DNA from: Candidatus Bathyarchaeota archaeon
GTDB lineage: Archaea > Thermoproteota > Bathyarchaeia > 40CM-2-53-6
Direction: 5' to 3'
Length of the DNA: 64,000 bases
Assembly (NCBI GenBank): GCA_005888755.1
Contig: VBBQ01000028.1
Location: 78,040 to 142,039 of the forward strand
Of this stretch, positions 57,483 through 64,000 are shown piece by piece. How positions within the stretch are numbered: position 1 is the stretch's first letter; every line of letters begins with the position of its first letter. Made by a program: the position numbers and the translations under genes. Below the pieces are notes generated by a model. That model had not been told where the DNA came from. It saw only the letters and a list, made by a program, of their open reading frames with translations, and searched no databases.

Positions 57483-58388
57483 TTGTACGACACTGAAGCT
57501 CTCAGCTCGTTCCGGAAGTCAGGCCTGATCATCGCAAAGATCCGAAAAGAAGTACCTGACATAGTCAAACCGGGAAAACACGCGCTAAGGATCTGCGTAG
57601 AAATCGAGAGTAGGATTCGGGAGCTTGGAGGAAAACCGGCCTTCCCGGTGAATATTGGAATCAATGAGATTGCGGCGCACTACACCTCGCCCCCAGGCGA
57701 TACTCTAACGATTCCTTCTGGTTCGATGGTGAAAGTCGACTTCGGGGTCCACGTAAACGGCTACGTCACCGACACGGCAGTGACCGTCTTCTATGATCCC
57801 AAGTTCGAACCGATGGTCAAAGCTGCCGATGACGCGTTGCAGAACGCGATCAAAGCCTTCAGAGGCGGAGTCAAACTGTCAGATATCGGACGGGTCATTC
57901 AGACAACCATAGGGAAGTACGGGTTCCGCCCAATCAGTAACCTCACCGGTCACAGTATTGAGAGGTACAGCATACATGCAGGTAAATCAGTGCCAAACGT
58001 TCCGGTACTCGCAGCAGGAAAAGCGAACGAAGGGGAAGTGTTCGCCATAGAGCCCTTCGTAACCCTACCCGACGCCGCAGGCTCCGTCACAAACATGCTA
58101 CCCGCCCAGATTTACCGCTACATCAAATCCAAAGGAGTCAAGAATGATGAGTCCAAGAAAGTCCTCGACGACATTTACTCCAGATTCTCAACCCTACCCT
58201 TCGCGCCGCGCTGGCTGGAAGACAAGTTCCCCAGAGAAACCGCAAAACGCGCGATGCTGGACTTGACCCACAGCAAGTGTGTAGGCGGATACCCTGTCCT
58301 GGTGGAGGAGACCCGAAGACCGGTCGCCCAGTCAGAACATACAGTTCTAGTTGGACGGGATGACTGTACCGTGCTTACTGCAGAATAA
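57483..58388 (+). CDS. map: Methionine aminopeptidase, type 2 (archaeal)
   Basis: 301 aa with a TTG start. VDFGVHVNGYVTDTAVTV metal-binding Asp pair, HSIERYSIHAG, FAIEPF. Confidence 0.85.
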   Translation: MYDTEALSSFRKSGLIIAKIRKEVPDIVKPGKHALRICVEIESRIRELGGKPAFPVNIGINEIAAHYTSPPGDTLTIPSGSMVKVDFGVHVNGYVTDTAVTVFYDPKFEPMVKAADDALQNAIKAFRGGVKLSDIGRVIQTTIGKYGFRPISNLTGHSIERYSIHAGKSVPNVPVLAAGKANEGEVFAIEPFVTLPDAAGSVTNMLPAQIYRYIKSKGVKNDESKKVLDDIYSRFSTLPFAPRWLEDKFPRETAKRAMLDLTHSKCVGGYPVLVEETRRPVAQSEHTVLVGRDDCTVLTAE

Positions 58389-58604
58389 CCTGATTCCAGA
58401 ATCGCCCATTTATCAGCCCTGATTTCGAATCTGCGAGGTACTCTTAACAAGCTGCCAAGATCTACTGGGTTAATCGAGTTTTTCGCCGAGCCATCTAAGC
58501 CTGATGTATGCCCTGAATCGCCTGTCTCGGGCATAATCGCTGGCAGACGGCGAGCGTTCTAGAGATAAGGGGGTCTTAGCGAGTGTGTCTCGCGTCGCAT
58601 GAGT

Positions 58605-58994
58605 CTACTTCTTTGGTGAGCCTTCGGTGTAGATCCCGTTGATTGTAAGATCCCCGGTCATGCACTGGGTGCATTTGCCGAGCGCTTTGAAGACAAAGTC
58701 GCCGATGGCGAAGTTTTTGATCTGTTTGAAGCTGCATTGGCCACACTTGACCACGGACAACACCTTGACAGGCGTGTACGCGCCTATCCTGATCCCACGC
58801 CTCATCCTTGTCATGGTGAGAAGAACGAACGTGAACGCGAGAACCGCGATGGTAACGTAGAGGATTGTGATGTTGGGGTCTGTGATGACTCCTCCGAAGA
58901 CGAGCCCGATAAAGTAGAGGCCGACAACGGCCATAACAGCGGCTAGTATCGTGAGTACTAGTGATGAGCCACTACGTGGCTTTGGCTGCGACAC
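58605..58994 (-). CDS. Membrane protein with C-terminal Cys4 zinc ribbon, hypothetical
   Basis: 129 aa. Two TM helices then CGQC...CTQC. Confidence 0.4.
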   Translation of the reverse strand: MSQPKPRSGSSLVLTILAAVMAVVGLYFIGLVFGGVITDPNITILYVTIAVLAFTFVLLTMTRMRRGIRIGAYTPVKVLSVVKCGQCSFKQIKNFAIGDFVFKALGKCTQCMTGDLTINGIYTEGSPKK

Positions 58995-59007
58995 GGTAGA
59001 GATTCAC

Positions 59008-60141
59008 TTATTGGCCGATGCCGATGGTGTTGCCGATACCGGCGACTATTATAGTATCGCCCGGTTTGCTTCTCTCCAGAATCAGGCTCTTGATTCTCTC
59101 GATAACTTTCTCTCCAGCGTCCATTATCTCCTTCTTCATCGGCGTAATTGCTTCTTGAAGGCTCTCCTTGACGATAACTGCGTAGACGGGTATCTTGTGG
59201 AGAGTTGCTTCCTGTTCAATCTTGAACCGTTCCGTCCCGACGCCGCCTATCGCTGCGCCGATTCCTTCGCTGACCTCGCCTGAGTTTTCGCCCTCGAACT
59301 TTACTGCCGCGTCCACCATGATCACCATGGAGACCTTATCGACATTTTCCTCGATGATCGTCTTGATGGCGTCCCCCGGTTTCCCGACGTTTCCGCCAGG
59401 ACCCTCCGCCTTCAAAGCGATAACCCTGCGATCCTCCATCATCGTCTCCGCAACAACAACGTCCTTCTCGACCTTCCGCTGCACCTTATCCTTCATCAAC
59501 CGCGAGGCCACAAGCGGGCCGATCCCGTCTCCTATCGGCTGGCCCTCGGCGAAAGCCTTCGCCGCACCCAAGTAAGCCTCCGCCTCCTGAATAATCAAAG
59601 GAAGCAACGCCTGAAGCTGGATGATGATGAAAATACTGTTAGTCTTCTTCCCCATCAAATAGAAATGTCGAATAATCCTGTAGATCGTATTGAGAGCCCA
59701 TGACGCCTCGACCAGGTTCTCGAGATTCATGACCTGTGAAGAGTCAGCGCCTGGCGCAATCCTTCGAACGTCTTCCTTGAACTTCTCATCCCTGACATCA
59801 AGCAGATGATCAATCTTACCGACAATTCCAGCCGGATCCATGTCAACCGGCGAGATGAGGAACTGCTCCATCAAAACATTGATCGAAGGACCCGGATCTG
59901 TAGTAGGCTTTCCGATCTCCTTCACAGTCTTCAACGTCAGATCTTTCGCAGAGTTTCGAAACATGTCTAGCCTGCGCAATCCTTTGTCGATATCCCAGAG
60001 GAACTGGCGCATCTGCAATTTCTGACCGAAACCGAAAAACAGCGCGATAAAGAGAACGGTAAACAGCAACTGGCTGATGGTGCCTAGATTTCCGAACAGC
60101 GAACCAAGAAGATCGTTCTCGTGGAGAGAGACTGGCAGCAC
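59008..60141 (-). CDS. Archaeal conserved protein (DUF1512-like), N-terminal TM helix
   Basis: 377 aa. N-terminal hydrophobic helix. Gly-rich GIGAAIGGVGTE and IVAGIGNTIGIG segments. Family assignment is from memory only. Confidence 0.45.
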   Translation of the reverse strand: MLPVSLHENDLLGSLFGNLGTISQLLFTVLFIALFFGFGQKLQMRQFLWDIDKGLRRLDMFRNSAKDLTLKTVKEIGKPTTDPGPSINVLMEQFLISPVDMDPAGIVGKIDHLLDVRDEKFKEDVRRIAPGADSSQVMNLENLVEASWALNTIYRIIRHFYLMGKKTNSIFIIIQLQALLPLIIQEAEAYLGAAKAFAEGQPIGDGIGPLVASRLMKDKVQRKVEKDVVVAETMMEDRRVIALKAEGPGGNVGKPGDAIKTIIEENVDKVSMVIMVDAAVKFEGENSGEVSEGIGAAIGGVGTERFKIEQEATLHKIPVYAVIVKESLQEAITPMKKEIMDAGEKVIERIKSLILERSKPGDTIIVAGIGNTIGIGQ

Positions 60142-60424
60142 TTAGAGGGCACCGGAATATGCTCAATATTCCCGTCTGATTGTTATAAACGTTGATCCCT
60201 AAGACTAGCCCAAACTAGACCGAAAGATATCCATCAACGAAAACGCGTCTTTTCGAAAAAATAGAAAATGAGGTTGGCAGCGGTCTAAGCTTCGCGTGGG
60301 CGTTAGCACCACACTACCACAGAGATCGCATGGGAGATTCACTTCCGTGCTTCCGGTACGAGTTAAGCATCGCTTTCAGCGTTCCTGCCTTGCCTTCCTC
60401 ATTCTTTCGGAATGGGTACGGGTC

Positions 60425-62449
60425 CTAGCTCCCACCTATGGCCGCCAACCCCGTGAGCAATCCGCTTAGGAATCGGCTAGATAAGCCTTCTCCGAAATCA
60501 GGACTTGAAGAATACGTTGGCGGTTCCGCTTCAACTGGATGGTAATATGGTGAAGTAGGTTCGCTCTTTCTCCTAGAGACCAGCGCAATCAGGACAACGA
60601 GGAATAGAAGAGCCAATCCAGCGATGAGGAAGAAGGCGGGAATCCCGGAGACTTTCAAGTTCGTCAGGTTTGGAATACCATTCACGGTGACGGTCACAGT
60701 GTTTTGCCCTGAAGAGAACCCGGGCTTCGACGCTTGAATGGTAACTGTTGGGCTTGAGGCTTGAAGGGGAGTAGTGTAGATCGCAGTGTAGTTGCCGTTT
60801 CCGCCGTCCGTCGCGGCTGAGAAGCTTCCTCCTTCTGAGGAGGATAGAAAGATTGTGGCTCCTTGTACAGCGCTAGTTCCATTTGTGACGCGAATCATCA
60901 AGACGATCTCGCCCCCCGGAGTAATGGATGTCGGAGTCGGGGCAGCCGCGACAGTCAAGGGGGGAAACGGGGTCAAAATAATCAAGGTCTGTGCAGACCC
61001 GCTAAGAAAGCCGTTCTCGCTGGCCACGACCTGAATCAGCGTACTAACGGTAGAACTGACTAGAGGGGCTGTAAAATTGGAGTAGTACAAGCCGGGACTA
61101 CCCATGACTGGTTGAGTGAAACCGCCTCCAACCGACGACGTTAGAGAAAGGATGACCCCGGTTTGGGGAGCCGACCCATTCGTCACCGTGATTGTTAGTG
61201 TGGAGATTTGCCCCGGTTTTAGGCTTGTCGTGCTTGGAAACACTGACGCTTGCAAACTGGGCGCTACTACACCCAACGCGTATACGTTATAGTCGTCAGA
61301 GCCGAAGAATGCTCTTCCATCAGCAATTGCGGGAGAGGACCAGATTGGTGCCGCGGTTAGGTATCTCCATAGCCTGACGCCCGATGTAGCGTTTAGCGCG
61401 TAGAGATAGTGGTCGTTGGATCCGACGAGAATCATGTTCGAGCCTAGCGAGAGCGCGGGAGAGGATGAGACGGCTGCTCCGGTCGTAGCCACCCACTTTT
61501 GCAGCCCCGTGGTGGCGTTGACCGCGTAAATGTTGCCTTTGCCCGTTCCGAAGTAGACAATCCCGTTGCTGACCGCGGCTGAGGTAGAGTTTGAGTTTCC
61601 TGTGTTGAACGACCAATCAGTCGCACCTGTAATCTCGTCTAGTGCGAAGAACTTAGTTGCGGTGCCGACGTAAACCCGTCCATAAGCTATCGCTGGCGCG
61701 TTTCTGATGGTTACTGCTCCCCCGGGCACTACTCTCCATATTGCCTTGCCAGTAGTCTCGTTTAGCGCCGTGACGGACCCATCGTCGAGTCCAAAGAATA
61801 CCCGTCCGTTATGCACCGCTGGCGAGGAGGATACTGAAGAGGAGGGAAGGGTCGCGTTCGCCCAGACAACAGCACCTGTGCTTGCGTCGAGCGCAACGAA
61901 TTGTCCGTTCTGGAAGCAGCTCGCAGAGCACCAGCTGCTGTAGAATACTTTCCCATCCGCTACTGCAGGAGATGCGGCGATGAAGTAGTTGAGGTAGCCT
62001 CTCCCCCAGACCTCAGAGCCAGTCTGCTCGTTGAGCGCGTATAGAATGCCTCCGTTCCTGGAGGCAAAATATACCATCCCGTTCGCGACGGCTGGCGAGG
62101 AAAAGATGACACTTCCAGTGTTGAAGGCCCATTTTTGCTGGCCACTATATTCGTCGATTGCGTATGCGTTCATGTCGTATGAGGTTACGAAGACGAGTCC
62201 GTCCGAAACCGCGGGAGATGAGTAGACGAAAGATCCTGTTGCGAATCTCCACATCTGGTTCGCGGTACTCGGCGCGCTCGCTAGGGTTGCCCCTGCCCTA
62301 AACTGGTCGTCGTGGAACATGGTCCAGGGATAATCGGTCGACCCCAAGGGCCCAGCTGAATACGGCTGGAGATGATTTGTTCCGGCTCCGGAGATTCCGA
62401 TGGCCAGCATGAAAAGGGAAAAGATTGTGAAAACGGCTACCCTTCTCAA
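60425..62449 (-). CDS. Cell-surface PQQ-like beta-propeller repeat protein with Ig-like domains and C-terminal TM anchor
   Basis: 674 aa. Signal peptide. About eight repeats of an ...Y.SSPAV.DG.VF.GS.D..VYA(L/I)... PQQ/BamB-like blade. Thr/Ser-rich Ig-like region. C-terminal TM then basic tail. Confidence 0.75.
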   Translation of the reverse strand: MRRVAVFTIFSLFMLAIGISGAGTNHLQPYSAGPLGSTDYPWTMFHDDQFRAGATLASAPSTANQMWRFATGSFVYSSPAVSDGLVFVTSYDMNAYAIDEYSGQQKWAFNTGSVIFSSPAVANGMVYFASRNGGILYALNEQTGSEVWGRGYLNYFIAASPAVADGKVFYSSWCSASCFQNGQFVALDASTGAVVWANATLPSSSVSSSPAVHNGRVFFGLDDGSVTALNETTGKAIWRVVPGGAVTIRNAPAIAYGRVYVGTATKFFALDEITGATDWSFNTGNSNSTSAAVSNGIVYFGTGKGNIYAVNATTGLQKWVATTGAAVSSSPALSLGSNMILVGSNDHYLYALNATSGVRLWRYLTAAPIWSSPAIADGRAFFGSDDYNVYALGVVAPSLQASVFPSTTSLKPGQISTLTITVTNGSAPQTGVILSLTSSVGGGFTQPVMGSPGLYYSNFTAPLVSSTVSTLIQVVASENGFLSGSAQTLIILTPFPPLTVAAAPTPTSITPGGEIVLMIRVTNGTSAVQGATIFLSSSEGGSFSAATDGGNGNYTAIYTTPLQASSPTVTIQASKPGFSSGQNTVTVTVNGIPNLTNLKVSGIPAFFLIAGLALLFLVVLIALVSRRKSEPTSPYYHPVEAEPPTYSSSPDFGEGLSSRFLSGLLTGLAAIGGS

Positions 62450-63011
62450 TTGAAACCCCTACAGCAACGTCTGGTCTAGCACTCTTCTCCATGGGAGAAT
62501 TCGTGAAGTCCACGACTAAAGAGACATGTAACCCACGCTTCCATAATCGGAGATATGCTCCGGATCATCGGAGCTAAGCCGAAAACTAGATTAGTCTAGA
62601 CCCGGCCCAACGCCCGAGCAAGGTGCAACCTGTCTGATATTCGCCTTCCTAATATTCTATCGAGTAAGACCCCTGTCCGAAGCGGATAAGAAGAAAGCGA
62701 CAGCCGACTGGACACGGTTCAAGAAGACTCTTTCCAAAGAGCTTGCCATAGTGGCAGAGTACGCGCACATCTGGGGAACAACCTACAACGGCATGATCCT
62801 CGTCGAGTCACGCGACCTATCCACATTCCACGACTTTTGGCACCGCTTCCGAGAGGCGACAAGATGGTACGTGCCGGAGACGAGAACATACATCGCCCAG
62901 AAAGAAGAAGACTAAGCGAGATCCCTCGCTAGTCTTTCGACTAAGCTTTATGCCAAGAATTTCCGACACCCGCCTTTCGGTGGTGCACTGCACGGAGCCT
63001 TCGTTAAAACA

Positions 63012-63032
63012 CGGGGCCGTAGTCTAGCCAGA
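63012..63032 (+). repeat. 21-bp direct repeat ACGGGGCCGTAGTCTAGCCAG (copy 1), identical to the 5' acceptor/D-arm of the tRNA-like sequence at 63840
   Basis: Exact 21/21 match to 63840..63860. Confidence 0.7.
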
Positions 63033-63839
63033 CCCAACCAAAACGCTGGGTCCTAGAAACGAATCCTTCTGGCAACTCGTTCCCTTCACTTTGACTTACG
63101 TCTGTCTTAAACGAAGCCGCCCAATTCGAGAGGACAGCGTTGCTAACCGAACAAGAATCTGAGATTCTAGGCATCTTGTTTGGTGACGGATGTCTTTCAA
63201 GAACTGAACGTTCTGTCCTGATTACGATAACCGGGAACAAAGTAGACGATGAGAAATACCTTCTTGGGCATGTCAGAGGTCTTTTTCTGAAGGCTTTCGA
63301 TCTTGAACTTACGAGTCGTTACAGGCATGGCGAAAACACTATGGATCTTTACCGGCACTCCAAGAAAGTCGCATCGGTTCTGCATTCTTGGGGAATGCCT
63401 TTCGGACTGAAGAAACTGGAAGACCTTAGACCGAAAATAGAGGTGATTCCTAGCGCGTTCATCAGAGGTGTATTTGACACGGACGGCTCCGTTTATCGTA
63501 AGTATGGTCCCTATGCTCAGATCCAATTCAAGGCAGCTTCCAATGGATTCATGGGTTTCGTCAGAGAACATTTGGTAGCGCTGGGGTTCCATCCGACTCG
63601 CCTTCGGCCCGACGAAACAAAGTTTAGGTTTTCACTATGCAGACAGAACGAAATCGACGCCTTCTTCAGAATAGTGTCCCCCACGAATCCCAAACATCTG
63701 GAGCGGCTAAGGCGGATCAGACACCCTGATTTGCTGACCGCTGCGAGATAGCCTTCGTCCTACTACTAGGTTTTATAGCGAGAATCTGCCCTTGGCCAAT
63801 TTGGTGGGGCACAGGACAGGAGCTCATGGCAGGACCCAA
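63033..63839 (+). mobile_element. Putative homing-endonuclease-bearing insertion (about 0.8 kb) bounded by the 21-bp direct repeats
   Basis: Contains only the LAGLIDADG ORF. Bounded by tRNA-5'-end repeats. Confidence 0.35.
63140..63751 (+). CDS. LAGLIDADG homing endonuclease
   Basis: 203 aa with a TTG start. Two LAGLIDADG motifs: ILGILFGDGCL and IRGVFDTDGSV. Confidence 0.8.
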   Translation: MLTEQESEILGILFGDGCLSRTERSVLITITGNKVDDEKYLLGHVRGLFLKAFDLELTSRYRHGENTMDLYRHSKKVASVLHSWGMPFGLKKLEDLRPKIEVIPSAFIRGVFDTDGSVYRKYGPYAQIQFKAASNGFMGFVREHLVALGFHPTRLRPDETKFRFSLCRQNEIDAFFRIVSPTNPKHLERLRRIRHPDLLTAAR

Positions 63840-63860
63840 ACGGGGCCGTAGTCTAGCCAG
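63840..63860 (+). repeat. 21-bp direct repeat ACGGGGCCGTAGTCTAGCCAG (copy 2)
   Basis: Exact match to 63012..63032. Confidence 0.7.
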
Positions 63861-64000
63861 GGATGACACTGAGCCCGGCGACTGTTCTAGGAACGTTGTC
63901 AGCTCAGCATTATGACGGGCTCCAGAATCCATTACAATAGGATAACCGACCTAGATTAGGGGATGAGGAAATTCGGGAGCGCGTGAAGATACCCGTAGAC
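63841..64000 (+). tRNA. tRNA-like 5' segment (GGGGCCG-TA-GTCTAGCC... acceptor/D-arm, same family as the tRNA at 10422) followed by a long hairpin (CTGAGC...GCTCAG); probably an intron-containing tRNA truncated by the window end
   Basis: 5' 20 nt closely resemble the 10422 tRNA. No matching 3' acceptor strand (CGGCCCC) is seen before position 64000. Confidence 0.3.

Noticed and set aside
1-64000. CRISPR arrays, rRNA genes, integrase/transposase genes
   Set aside because: No short regularly spaced direct repeats, no rRNA-like conserved blocks and no recombinase or transposase motifs were seen anywhere in the window. The only mobile-element signal is the LAGLIDADG ORF with its tRNA-derived direct repeats.

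Overview
Archaeal chromosomal segment of about 52% GC. The gene content points to a TACK-type lineage (archaeal DnaG primase, family-B DNA polymerase, SMC-ScpA-ScpB, archaeal type-II GAPDH, S8e, S11, SRP19, intron-containing tRNAs with a GTCTAGCC D-arm), but the phylum cannot be called by eye. Most of the window is core housekeeping: smc-scpA-scpB, undecaprenyl-PP synthase, MTA phosphorylase, a tdh-kbl threonine-degradation pair, glyA with a SerB-like HAD hydrolase, polB convergent with dnaG, gap, and a pheS-pheT-trpS-map run. It also carries a split metE plus a metF-like gene, an FKBP, several GNAT acetyltransferases, a BNR-repeat secreted protein and a PQQ beta-propeller surface protein. The 4.6-15 kb stretch looks accessory. 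It holds a four-gene minus-strand operon (two paralogous wHTH proteins, a NurA-like gene, and a HerA-like ATPase) with no mre11/rad50 nearby and a repeat-rich divergent promoter. It also holds an intron-containing tRNA flanked by 80-bp inverted repeats, an AbiE-like wHTH/nucleotidyltransferase pair, and an ORF pair separated by an in-frame TGA. Other notable observations follow. The PolB has its Exo I carboxylates replaced (FDIET to FAILA) and is predicted proofreading-deficient. glyA and pheT both lack a canonical start codon for their conserved N-termini, with ACG sitting where Met is expected. A LAGLIDADG homing-endonuclease gene near the window end is bracketed by 21-bp direct repeats identical to a tRNA 5' end. 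A PLP-enzyme/rhodanese fusion lies at 2998..4563. No CRISPR array and no rRNA were seen. A GT2 glycosyltransferase runs off the window start and is therefore missing from the ORF track.
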